Assembly: GCF_018122735.1 (NCBI RefSeq) | Contig: NZ_JAGRRD010000001.1 | Location: forward strand, 2,376,423-2,406,422 | Length of the DNA: 30,000 nt | Source of the DNA: Azoarcus sp. L1K30 | GTDB taxonomy: Bacteria; Pseudomonadota; Gammaproteobacteria; Burkholderiales; Rhodocyclaceae | Direction: 5' to 3' | Part shown: one piece after another, positions 1 to 8,502 of the stretch | Numbering within the stretch: the stretch's first letter is position 1 | Layout: every line of letters starts with the position of its first letter | Program-made: the position numbers and the translations under genes | The notes under the pieces: model-generated | Seen by the model: only the letters and a program-made list of their open reading frames with translations | The model's database searches: none | Told to the model about the DNA's origin: nothing

Positions 1-17
1 TTGTCCTCTGGACGCTG

Positions 18-767
18 TCAGGCGAGCTGTCCCCGCATCCGCTCGGCCCGCTCAGCCGGTGCCGGGTGAGTCGCCAGCCAGCCGCCGCCGGAGCCGCCGG
101 AAAGCTTGTCCAGCTTCTCGAGCGCGGAGACGACTGCCTGCGGGTTGTAATGCTTGCCTTTCACGAAAGCCATTGCGTAGTCATCCGCTTCGTTCTCGTT
201 GCTCTGGGAATGCTGCGCACGTACGACCTTCTCGAACAGTTCGCCCAGTTGCGAATCGGCCAGCACGGCCGCCCTGCCCCCGCTCGCCGACACCGCTTCA
301 CGCAAGCCCCCGGCAGCCAGCGCCAATTGCAGGCGCTTCTTCGAATGCCCTGCCTTGATGTGCCCCATTTCATGTCCGATGACGTAGCGGATCTCATCGT
401 CCGTCATCAGGTCCATCAGACCACTGTAGATCCTGACCGACCCGTTCCCCATGGCAAAGGCGTTGACTTCCCTGGTCTGATAGACCTTGAAATCCAGCGT
501 CAGTCCGTCATGTTTGCCCAGCCCCTTGGTCAGCGCTACGAGACGCTTTCCATATGAGGTTCCGGCCCCGGCGATCCGGCTTTGTGCGTCCATCTGCTTA
601 CTCATCTGCCCATAGTAGGCCTTGAGGTCGGCATCGCTGAGCGTCGCCGCCCCGGCAAGTGACTTCGCAGCCCCCAGGGCGCCGGCAAGATCGAAAGCCG
701 AGACCGGCGCAGCGGCAGAAATACCAAGCGCAAGAAGGCAACGGCGAAGGGCATCGCGTCGATTCAT
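18..767 (-). CDS. Exported M48-family zinc metallopeptidase (YcaL/LoiP-like)
   Basis: 249-aa ORF. It has the zinc motif HEMGH (VIGHEMGHIKAGH) and a downstream acidic NENEAD segment typical of peptidase M48. The N-terminal signal peptide MNRRDALRRCLLALGISAAAPVSA contains twin Arg and may be Tat-type. A TGGAGA Shine-Dalgarno lies ~8 nt before the ATG at 767. Confidence 0.85.
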   Translation of the reverse strand: MNRRDALRRCLLALGISAAAPVSAFDLAGALGAAKSLAGAATLSDADLKAYYGQMSKQMDAQSRIAGAGTSYGKRLVALTKGLGKHDGLTLDFKVYQTREVNAFAMGNGSVRIYSGLMDLMTDDEIRYVIGHEMGHIKAGHSKKRLQLALAAGGLREAVSASGGRAAVLADSQLGELFEKVVRAQHSQSNENEADDYAMAFVKGKHYNPQAVVSALEKLDKLSGGSGGGWLATHPAPAERAERMRGQLA

Positions 768-907
768 GAATCATCTCCAGACATGCAATTGACAATGTCC
801 GCATATGATGACATCAACTTCAATAAACCCAAAATAAATAATCACCATCTGCAATGCCCGGACAGCATTCCTGTCGCACCGGAAAGACAATGTGCCTACG
901 TGCCCGC

Positions 908-2914
908 CTAGTGACGATGCGCTTGCAGATCAACGCGCTCGCGCAATGCGCCGAGCTTGACATAGAGCGTACTGCGCGAAATTCCGAGCGCCCGCGCGGC
1001 TCGGGACATGTTTCCTTTAGCATTTGAAATCGCCGCAAGAATGGCTTGGCGCTCAAGATCCTCGAGGCGGGCGCCGTCCAACAGTCCGTCATTCGCAGTA
1101 CTTGCCTGCGCCTCGCCCGTGGCGGTCGCGAGCAACTCTTCCGGGAGAGATGCAAGCTCGATCACCCCTCCATCGCTGAGCGCAAACACACCTTCGAACA
1201 CGTTCTGCAGCTCGCGCACATTGCCTGGCCAGCGATAGCGCAGAAAGGCGAGGCGGACCTCAGCCGAAACCGGCTTGACCGGACAGCCGTATTTCTGAGC
1301 AAGGCGCTCGTTCAGGTGATCCACGATCCGGTCGATGTCAGCGGGGCGCTCTCGCAGTGATGGCAGCCGGATGCTGGTCACGCACAGACGGTGGAAAAGG
1401 TCTTCGCGAAAGCGGCCTGCAGCGACTTCGCCCCGCAGGTCACGGTTGGTGGCAGCGATGATGCGGACTGTCACCTGGCGCTCACGCGAATCTCCCAGCC
1501 GCACGACGATGCCGTCCTGCAGCACACGCAACAGGTGGGGCTGCATATCCAGCGGCATCTCGCCGATCTCGTCGAGAAACAGTGTGCCGCCGTCGGCGAG
1601 TTCGAACTTGCCCGGCAAACCATGGCGACGCGCCCCGGTAAAAGCGCCCTCGACGTAGCCGAACAGCTCGCTGGCCAGCAGTTCGCGGGTCAGTGCACCG
1701 CAATTCACCGCCACAAACGGTGCATCTGACCTGACATCCGCCCTGTGGATGGCGCGTGCAAATACTTCCTTGCCGACACCGGTCTCACCCAGCAGCATGA
1801 CCGGCAGATCCAGCGGAGCAAGGCGTCGCGCACGGTCCTTTGCGGCAAGCAACGCTGCGGATTCGCCCACGATGTCGGCAAACGGGTCGGTCTCCGCACA
1901 TCTGCCGTCTTCACGCGGCGCAGACGCGCTCGCCGCGGCGACCCTGGCCGCCACCTGCGCCAGGGGGATGATCAACACGCAGCCCAGCTCACCCGACGCA
2001 TCGCCAAGCACCTTCAGCCAGTCGCGCCGCAGCCACTGAGGCATCCTGATCGCGCGCTCGTCAGCCGACAGGCCAAGGTCGAGCGCGTCGATCCGCGCGC
2101 CCACGATGGACGGAATCTGGACACCGTATTGCTCTCGAGCCTGCTGCTGGCGACCGTTGCTCTTGAGCAATCGCCCCCGCCTGTCGAACAGCGCGACGAA
2201 GTCGCTCCCATAACGAACGAAGCAGTCCATCGACTGATCGAACAGACGCGCCTGCAGCTCGCGCTCGCGACTGGCCAGCACGGCTTCGACCTGCTTGGCC
2301 GCCGCGATGACCAACCCGAGACTGTGGCCGTGGAAGGTGTCCTTCACACCGGAAACATCGATCACGCCCAGCAGGGTCGTGCCCGTATGGTCGAGAATCG
2401 GCGCCGCCGCGCAGGTCCAGCGCTTGACATCGAGGCAGTAATGCTCGCTCGCATAGATCTGTACCGGTGCCTGTGCGGCGATGGCGGTACCAATCGCGTT
2501 GGTACCCATCACCTTCTCGTCCCACCGCCCGCCGGCGGCCAGATTGACCTGCTCCCCGGCATGGCGGGTCTTCGTGTCACCGTGCAGATCGATGATGGTA
2601 CCGCAAGGATCGGTCAGCATGATGATGCTGCCCGAGGCCTGCAGCACTTCCTTCAAACCGACCAGCACCGGATGTGCTGCATCCTGCAATTGCCGATGCT
2701 GTTCGCGCAGCAGCCTGATGCGGGCATCGTCCGCCGCGGGTGCGGCGTTTCGCGCGGGGTCGACGGCGACCGAGCGACAGCGTCGCCATGATTCGAGCAC
2801 CACTTCGCGAACCGGCGCGTCGACGAGCGGATCGTTGTGCACAAACCGCTCCCAGGACGCTGCGACGGCGCTCTCATTGCCTGTACGCGGAATCATGGGG
2901 TGTAAGGAACGCAT
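908..2914 (-). CDS. acxR: Sigma-54-dependent transcriptional activator, AcoR/AcxR family (GAF-like sensor + AAA+ + Fis-type HTH)
   Basis: 668-aa ORF. AAA+ motifs: Walker [16 protein letters not shown], sigma-54 contact loop [13 protein letters not shown], Walker [11 protein letters not shown] and [10 protein letters not shown]. The C-terminal HTH is [21 protein letters not shown]. The long N-terminal sensor region resembles AcoR. The gene is divergent from acxABC. Confidence 0.85.
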   Translation of the reverse strand: MRSLHPMIPRTGNESAVAASWERFVHNDPLVDAPVREVVLESWRRCRSVAVDPARNAAPAADDARIRLLREQHRQLQDAAHPVLVGLKEVLQASGSIIMLTDPCGTIIDLHGDTKTRHAGEQVNLAAGGRWDEKVMGTNAIGTAIAAQAPVQIYASEHYCLDVKRWTCAAAPILDHTGTTLLGVIDVSGVKDTFHGHSLGLVIAAAKQVEAVLASRERELQARLFDQSMDCFVRYGSDFVALFDRRGRLLKSNGRQQQAREQYGVQIPSIVGARIDALDLGLSADERAIRMPQWLRRDWLKVLGDASGELGCVLIIPLAQVAARVAAASASAPREDGRCAETDPFADIVGESAALLAAKDRARRLAPLDLPVMLLGETGVGKEVFARAIHRADVRSDAPFVAVNCGALTRELLASELFGYVEGAFTGARRHGLPGKFELADGGTLFLDEIGEMPLDMQPHLLRVLQDGIVVRLGDSRERQVTVRIIAATNRDLRGEVAAGRFREDLFHRLCVTSIRLPSLRERPADIDRIVDHLNERLAQKYGCPVKPVSAEVRLAFLRYRWPGNVRELQNVFEGVFALSDGGVIELASLPEELLATATGEAQASTANDGLLDGARLEDLERQAILAAISNAKGNMSRAARALGISRSTLYVKLGALRERVDLQAHRH

Positions 2915-2961
2915 GTCGTCATGGCCAATGCCCTGTCGCTCGTGTGGTGATCGCAGCTTTC

Positions 2962-2990
2962 AAGCTAATGCCTCGCCCCATTCAAGTCAA
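2962..2990 (-). promoter_or_regulatory. Candidate sigma-70 promoter of acxR (TTGACT-N17-TAGCTT)
   Basis: On the minus strand, TTGACT (2990-2985) and TAGCTT (2967-2962) are separated by an exact 17-nt spacer. The element lies ~48 nt upstream of the acxR ATG. Confidence 0.4.
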
Positions 2991-3042
2991 CAAAACCCTT
3001 ATCAGATCAATGACTTGTGCGGCGCACCATCCAGCCGGCGCA

Positions 3043-3061
3043 CTGTCCGGCGTCCGGACAG
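3043..3061. promoter_or_regulatory. Inverted repeat 1, CTGTCCGG-cgt-CCGGACAG (candidate AcxR enhancer/UAS site)
   Basis: Perfect 8-bp arms with a 3-bp spacer, ~140 bp upstream of the -24/-12 element of acxA. Confidence 0.5.
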
Positions 3062-3071
3062 TTCTGTCCAG

Positions 3072-3090
3072 CTGTCCGGATTCCGGACAC
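3072..3090. promoter_or_regulatory. Inverted repeat 2, CTGTCCGG-att-CCGGACAC (candidate AcxR enhancer/UAS site)
   Basis: 7/8-bp arms (TGTCCGG/CCGGACA) with a 3-bp spacer. Its centre is 29 bp from the centre of repeat 1. An extra half-site CTGTCC lies at 3064-3069 between the two repeats. Confidence 0.5.
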
Positions 3091-3136
3091 CCCGGTCCAG
3101 CTCGTTCGAGAATCGGACGGAGGTCATAAAAAAAAT

Positions 3137-3149
3137 TAAACCATTGATT
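3137..3149 (-). promoter_or_regulatory. IHF-binding site candidate
   Basis: The minus strand reads AATCAATGGTTTA, an exact fit to WATCAANNNNTTR. It sits in the only AT-rich patch (ataaaaaaaattaaacc) between the palindromes and the -24/-12 element. Confidence 0.4.
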
Positions 3150-3191
3150 CAATTCGCGATTGACCAACCTGAACCGGTTCGGTGCGCCGAC

Positions 3192-3207
3192 TGGTACGGC
3201 CCTTGCG
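3192..3207 (+). promoter_or_regulatory. Sigma-54 (-24/-12) promoter of acxABC
   Basis: TGGTAC-ggccc-TTGCG compared with the consensus TGGCAC-N5-TTGCW. The GG and GC dinucleotides are correctly spaced. The site is ~115 nt upstream of the acxA ATG and next to a sigma-54 activator gene. Confidence 0.7.
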
Positions 3208-3320
3208 CTGACTGATTCGGGGGGACACCCCGGACGATAGAGACACCACGACACCGGACACAGGAACGGTAGCGGACACAAGGTGTTTTCAGGTCCAACA
3301 CACCAATGACAGGAGGCGAC

Positions 3321-5468
3321 ATGCAAGTCCAGGACTCAACCGTACAGGTGATGGGCATCGATGCCGGCGGCACGATGACAGACACCTTCTTCGTTCGCGC
3401 CGACGGGCGCTTCGTAGTGGGCAAGGCGCAAAGCAATCCGGGCGACGAATCACTGGCCATCTTCAATTCATCCGAAGATGCACTGGCGCACTGGAACCGC
3501 ACGGTAGACGACGTCTATCCGGAACTGGCGACCTGCGTCTATTCCGGCACCGCCATGCTCAACCGCATCCTGATGCGCAAGGGGCTCGACGTCGGCCTGA
3601 TCTGCAACCGCGGCTTCGAGCAGATCCATTCGATGGGGCGCGCCCTGCAAAGCTACCTCGGCTACGCGCTGGAGGACCGCATCCATCTCAACACCCACCG
3701 CTACGACGACCCGCTGGTGCCGGTGTCGCGCACCCGCGGCGTCACCGAGCGCACCGACGTGCAGGGCAAGATCGTCATTCCGCTGCGCGAGGAAGAAGTC
3801 CGCCAGGCGGTGCGCGAGCTGGTCGAGGCGGGATCGCAGGCCATCGTGATCTGTCTGCTGCAGTCACACAAGAACGAAGCCAGCGAGCAGCGCGCACGCG
3901 ACATCGCAAAGGCGGAACTGCAGGCGCTGAAGGTAGACATTCCGGTTTTCGCCTCGGTGGATTACTACCCGTCGCGCAAGGAAAGCCACCGCATGAACAC
4001 CACCATTCTCGAGGCCTACGGCGCCGAACCCTCGCGCCAGACGCTGAAGAAGGTCAGCGACCGCTTCAAGAAACATGGTGCCAAGTTCGATCTGCGGGTG
4101 ATGGCCACGCACGGCGGCACGATCAGCTGGAAGGCCAAGGAGCTGGCCCGCACCATCGTCTCCGGCCCCATTGGCGGCGTCATCGGCTCCAAGCTGCTCG
4201 GCGAATACCTCGGCGACGAGAACATCGCCTGCTCCGACATCGGCGGCACCAGCTTCGACGTGGCGCTGATCACCAAGGGCAATTTCGCCATCAAGTCCGA
4301 CCCCGACATGGCCCGCCTGGTGCTGTCGCTGCCACTCGTCGCGATGGATTCGGTCGGCGCCGGCGCCGGCAGCTTCGTCCGTCTCGATCCGTACAGCAAG
4401 TCGATCAAGCTCGGCCCCGACTCCGCCGGATACCGCGTCGGCACCTGCTGGCCGGAAAGCGGGCTGGACACGGTCTCGGTGTCCGACTGCCATGTGGTGC
4501 TGGGCTACCTCAACCCGGAGAACTTCCTCGGTGGCGCGATCAAGCTCGACGTGCAGCGCGCCCGCGATCACATCAAGGCGCAGATCGCCGACCCGCTCGG
4601 CCTGTCGGTCGAAGATGCGGCCGCCGGCGTCATCGAACTGCTCGACCTCACCCTGTCCGAGTACCTGCGCGCCAACATCAGCGCCAAAGGATACAACCCG
4701 GCCGAGTTCACCTGCTTCTCCTACGGCGGCGCAGGACCGGTACACACCTATGGCTACACCGAAGGCGTCGGCTTCAAGGACGTTGTGGTGCCGGCCTGGG
4801 CGGCGGGCTTCTCCGCCTTCGGCTGCGCCTGCGCCGACTTCGAGTACCGCTACGACAAGTCGGTGGATCTGGGGGTTGCGCAGTTCGCTGCCGACGCCGA
4901 CAAAGCCGCGGCCTGCGCCAGCCTGCAGGAGGCGTGGAGCGAACTCGCGGTCAAGGTGATCGAGGAATTCGTCATCAACGGTTACAAGGCCGAAGACGTG
5001 TTGCTGATTCCCGGCTACAAGATGCAGTACATGGGTCAGCTCAACGACCTCGAGATCGTGTCACCGGTCACCAGCGCCGCTACCGCCGACGACTGGAACA
5101 AGATCATCGACGCCTTCGAGACCACTTACGGCCGCGTTTACGCCAACTCGGCACGGTCGCCAGAACTGGGCTTCTCGATCACTGGCGCCATCCTGCGCGG
5201 CATGGTCATGACGCAGAAGCCCGTGCTGCCGGAGGACCCGGACGCCGGCCCGACCCCGCCGAAGGAAGCCTATCTCGGCACCCGCCCGTTCTACCGCCAC
5301 AAGAAATGGGTGGAAGCCTCGCTGTGGAAGATGGAGTCGCTCAAGGCCGGCAACCACATCATGGGGCCAGCCATCATCGAATCCGACGCCACCACCTTCG
5401 TCGTGCCCGACGGCTTCGAAACCACGATCGACAAGCATCGCCTGTTCCATCTCAAGGAAGTCCGGTAA
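3321..5468 (+). CDS. acxA: Acetone carboxylase beta subunit (hydantoinase A/oxoprolinase family)
   Basis: The track ORF spans 3306-5468. I prefer the ATG at 3321 because AGGAGG (3311-3316) lies 4 nt upstream of it. ASKHA-type phosphate motifs are present: MGIDAGGTMTDTF and DIGGTSFDV. The ~715-aa size and the A-B-C gene order match the known acetone carboxylase (subunits of about 717, 776 and 168 aa). Confidence 0.9.
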   Translation: MQVQDSTVQVMGIDAGGTMTDTFFVRADGRFVVGKAQSNPGDESLAIFNSSEDALAHWNRTVDDVYPELATCVYSGTAMLNRILMRKGLDVGLICNRGFEQIHSMGRALQSYLGYALEDRIHLNTHRYDDPLVPVSRTRGVTERTDVQGKIVIPLREEEVRQAVRELVEAGSQAIVICLLQSHKNEASEQRARDIAKAELQALKVDIPVFASVDYYPSRKESHRMNTTILEAYGAEPSRQTLKKVSDRFKKHGAKFDLRVMATHGGTISWKAKELARTIVSGPIGGVIGSKLLGEYLGDENIACSDIGGTSFDVALITKGNFAIKSDPDMARLVLSLPLVAMDSVGAGAGSFVRLDPYSKSIKLGPDSAGYRVGTCWPESGLDTVSVSDCHVVLGYLNPENFLGGAIKLDVQRARDHIKAQIADPLGLSVEDAAAGVIELLDLTLSEYLRANISAKGYNPAEFTCFSYGGAGPVHTYGYTEGVGFKDVVVPAWAAGFSAFGCACADFEYRYDKSVDLGVAQFAADADKAAACASLQEAWSELAVKVIEEFVINGYKAEDVLLIPGYKMQYMGQLNDLEIVSPVTSAATADDWNKIIDAFETTYGRVYANSARSPELGFSITGAILRGMVMTQKPVLPEDPDAGPTPPKEAYLGTRPFYRHKKWVEASLWKMESLKAGNHIMGPAIIESDATTFVVPDGFETTIDKHRLFHLKEVR

Positions 5469-5553
5469 TCACCGGCCACCCCGGGACTGACGGCACCCCT
5501 GCGGGGGCCCGTGCCGACGTCCAGGGGACCAATCAACTGTGAGGAGACAAATC

Positions 5554-7878
5554 ATGAACATGATGAGCCACAAGGAAATGGGCATCGGCAACCTGCTCGA
5601 GAGCGGCCTGACGCTCAAGCAGCATCGCGATGCCATCATTGCCCGCACCCAGGCCACCGGCTACTACAACGGCCTGGAAAAACTGGAGCTGCGCGACAGC
5701 GACCCGATCGGCTACGAGAAACTGTTCTCAAAGCTGCGCGGCGGTCTGGTACATGCCCGCGAAACCGCGAAGAAGATCGCGGCCAGCCCGATCGTGGAGC
5801 AGGAAGGCGAGCTGTGCTTCACGCTGTACAACGCCGCTGGCGACTGCGTGCTGACCTCGACCGGGATCATCATCCACGTCGGCACCATGGGCGCGGCGAT
5901 CAAGTACATGATCGAAAACAACTGGGAAGCCAACCCCACGATCAACCCCGGTGACATGTTCACCACCAACGACTGCGCCATCGGCAACGTCCACCCCTGC
6001 GACATCGCCACCATCGTGCCGATCTTCTGGGAAGGCAAGCTGATCGGCTGGGTGGGCGGCGTGACTCACGTCATCGACACCGGCGCGGTCACGCCGGGCT
6101 CGATGTCCACCGGCCAGACCCAGCGCTTCGGCGACGGCTACATGATCACCTGCCGCAAGACTGGCATCAACGACGAACCGCTGCGTGACTGGCTGCATGA
6201 GTCCCAGCGTTCGGTGCGCACGCCGAAGTACTGGATTCTCGACGAGAAGACCCGCATCGCCGGCTGCCACATGATCCGCGAACTGGTGGAAGACGTGATT
6301 CGCGCAGACGGTCTCGAAGCCTACGAGAAGTTCTCGCATGAAGTCATCGAAGAGGGCCGCCGCGGCCTGATGAGCCGGATCAAGGCCATGACCCTGCCGG
6401 GCAAGTACCGCAAGGTGTCCTTCGTCGATGTGCCGTACAAGCACGACGACGTGCAGGTCTCCAACGCCTTCGCCAAGCTCGACTCGATCATGCATTCGCC
6501 GTGCGAGATGACGATCAAACCCGACGGCAAGTGGCGGCTCGACTTCGAAGGCGCCAGCCGATGGGGCTGGCACACCTTCAACGCCCACCAGGTGGCCTTC
6601 ACCTCGGGCATCTGGGTGATGATGTGCCAAACCTTGGTGCCGACCCAGCGCATCAACGACGGCGCCTATTACGCCACCGAGTTCCACCTGCCCAAGGGCA
6701 CGTGGTGCAACCCGGACGACCGCCGCACCGGCCATGCCTACGCCTGGCACTTCCTGGTCTCGGGCTGGGCCGCGCTGTGGCGTGGTCTCGGCCAGTCCTA
6801 CTTCAGCCGCGGCTATCTCGAAGAGGTCAACGCCGGCAATGCCAACACCTCCAACTGGCTGCAGGGCGGCGGCATCAATCAGGACGGCGAGATCCACGCA
6901 GTCAACAGCTTCGAAGCCTCCAGTTGCGGCACTGGCGCGTGCGCGGTGAAGGATGGCCTCAACCATGCGGCCGCCATCTGGAATCCGGAAGGCGACATGG
7001 GCGACATCGAGATCTGGGAAATGGCCGAACCACTCCTGTATCTGGGGCGCAACGTCAAGGCCAACTCGGGCGGCTACGGCAAGTATCGTGGCGGCTGCGG
7101 CTTCGAAACCCTGCGCATGGTGTGGAACGCCCAGGACTGGACGATGTTCTTCATGGGCAACGGCTTCATGAACAGCGACTGGGGCATGATGGGTGGCTAT
7201 CCGTCGGCTACCGGCTACCGCTTCGAAGCGCACAAGACCGGCCTCGAGCATCGCATCGCCATCGGCGACTCCCTGCCCCTGGGCGGCGACATCGACCCCA
7301 CGCGCCCGGACTACGAGCGCCACATCGACGCCACCGCCGTGGTCAAGCGCGACAAGCAGTGCATCACCACCGAGGACTGCTACGACAACCACGACCTCTA
7401 CCTCAACTACCTGCGTGGCGGCCCCGGCTTCGGCGATCCGATCGACCGCGAGCCCAAGGCCATCGAGAACGACCTCAACCAGAAGTTCCTGCTGCCGGAG
7501 TACGCGCAAAAGGTCTATGGCGCGGTGTTCTCCGAGGATGCCAAGGGCGTGTTCACGGTCGACGTCGCAGCCACCCGACTGCGTCGCGCGGAGATGCGCA
7601 AGGAACGTCTGGCACGCGCGCTGCCGACCCGCGAGTGGATGAAGGAAGAGCGCGAACGCATCCTCAACAAGCACGCGTCGGTGCAGGTGCAGCACATGTT
7701 CGCCACCAGTTTCGCGCTGTCGGAGAAGTTCACCAACGAGTTCAAGGCGTTCTGGAGCCTGCCGGCCGACTGGACCCTGCTCGAAGAAGAACTCGGCGTA
7801 CCGACCTATGGCTCGAAGCACCGCATGGACCTGTCGCTAATGCCGGACGTCACCACCGTCGTCCAGGTCGAAGAATGA
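5554..7878 (+). CDS. acxB: Acetone carboxylase alpha subunit (hydantoinase B family)
   Basis: The track ORF starts at GTG 5539. The ATG at 5554 is preceded by GAGGAG (5541-5546). The product is ~774 aa. A conserved stretch ARETAKKIAASPIVEQEGELCFTLYNAAGD is typical of AcxB/HyuB-type proteins. The gene lies between acxA and acxC. Confidence 0.9.
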   Translation: MNMMSHKEMGIGNLLESGLTLKQHRDAIIARTQATGYYNGLEKLELRDSDPIGYEKLFSKLRGGLVHARETAKKIAASPIVEQEGELCFTLYNAAGDCVLTSTGIIIHVGTMGAAIKYMIENNWEANPTINPGDMFTTNDCAIGNVHPCDIATIVPIFWEGKLIGWVGGVTHVIDTGAVTPGSMSTGQTQRFGDGYMITCRKTGINDEPLRDWLHESQRSVRTPKYWILDEKTRIAGCHMIRELVEDVIRADGLEAYEKFSHEVIEEGRRGLMSRIKAMTLPGKYRKVSFVDVPYKHDDVQVSNAFAKLDSIMHSPCEMTIKPDGKWRLDFEGASRWGWHTFNAHQVAFTSGIWVMMCQTLVPTQRINDGAYYATEFHLPKGTWCNPDDRRTGHAYAWHFLVSGWAALWRGLGQSYFSRGYLEEVNAGNANTSNWLQGGGINQDGEIHAVNSFEASSCGTGACAVKDGLNHAAAIWNPEGDMGDIEIWEMAEPLLYLGRNVKANSGGYGKYRGGCGFETLRMVWNAQDWTMFFMGNGFMNSDWGMMGGYPSATGYRFEAHKTGLEHRIAIGDSLPLGGDIDPTRPDYERHIDATAVVKRDKQCITTEDCYDNHDLYLNYLRGGPGFGDPIDREPKAIENDLNQKFLLPEYAQKVYGAVFSEDAKGVFTVDVAATRLRRAEMRKERLARALPTREWMKEERERILNKHASVQVQHMFATSFALSEKFTNEFKAFWSLPADWTLLEEELGVPTYGSKHRMDLSLMPDVTTVVQVEE

Positions 7879-7916
7879 CCTCCGCCAAACCACATTGCTG
7901 AATCAAGGAGCACGAA

Positions 7917-8423
7917 ATGTCTTCATACACGAATGAACAGGTCGCACACCTGGTTGACGGTTCGCTGGACTGGGAAACCACCTTCCGCATGCTCTCCATG
8001 CCCAAGGACAACAGCCGCTTCGAGCAATACGTCAATGCCTTGCAGAAGAAGGTCGGCTTCAAGGACCGCATCGTCCTGCCGCTGGGGCCCCACATGCACA
8101 TCGTGCAGTCGGCCAAAACCAAGCAATGGCTGATCAAGTGCGACTGCGGCCACGAGTTCTGCGACTACCGCGAAAACTGGAAGCTGCATGCCGTCATCCA
8201 TGTTCGCGACACCGAGGAAGCCATGACCGAGGTGTACCCGAAGCTGATGGCGCCCGACACGCAATGGCAGGTGTATCGCGAATACTACTGCCCGACCTGC
8301 GGAGCGATGCACGACGTCGAGGCGCCGACCCCGTGGTATCCGGTAATCCATGACTTCGAGCCTGACATCGAGGCCTTCTACAAGGAGTGGGTGAACCTGC
8401 CGGTTCCCGAACGGGCCGACTGA
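7917..8423 (+). CDS. acxC: Acetone carboxylase gamma subunit (small Zn-binding subunit)
   Basis: 168 aa, the expected gamma-subunit size. Cys/His clusters CDCGHEFC and CPTCG are present. An AAGGAG RBS lies 7 nt upstream of the ATG. Confidence 0.9.
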   Translation: MSSYTNEQVAHLVDGSLDWETTFRMLSMPKDNSRFEQYVNALQKKVGFKDRIVLPLGPHMHIVQSAKTKQWLIKCDCGHEFCDYRENWKLHAVIHVRDTEEAMTEVYPKLMAPDTQWQVYREYYCPTCGAMHDVEAPTPWYPVIHDFEPDIEAFYKEWVNLPVPERAD

Positions 8424-8431
8424 GCCTTGAA

Positions 8432-8465
8432 GCAGGCGGGGGCCGAAGGCCCAGCCCCCGCCTGC
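8432..8465 (+). terminator. GC-rich stem-loop downstream of acxC (partial terminator or mRNA stabiliser)
   Basis: An 11-bp perfect stem, GCAGGCGGGGG/CCCCCGCCTGC, with a 12-nt loop starts 9 nt after the acxC stop. No U-tract follows, so termination efficiency is uncertain. Confidence 0.4.
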
Positions 8466-8502
8466 CCACTGCATTGGAAAAACCGTCAGGGGACTTCACG
8501 AC

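Noticed and set aside
5492-5515. An imperfect stem-loop, GGCACCCC-tgc-GGGGgcccGTGCC, in the acxA-acxB intercistronic gap.
   Set aside because: It is short and interrupted, has no U-tract, and lies between two genes that must be co-expressed. At most it is a minor mRNA structure.
5728-7821. A 697-aa ORF antisense to acxB. Similar long antisense ORFs occur at 1745-2791, 3864-4745, 8731-9936, 10882-11964, 12676-13812, 15395-17182, 17455-18702 and 18832-19953.
   Set aside because: These are shadow frames typical of ~65% GC DNA. Their products are low-complexity and rich in Arg, Ala, Gly, Val, His and Asp, with no recognisable motifs. Each lies exactly opposite a well-supported gene with clear family signatures.
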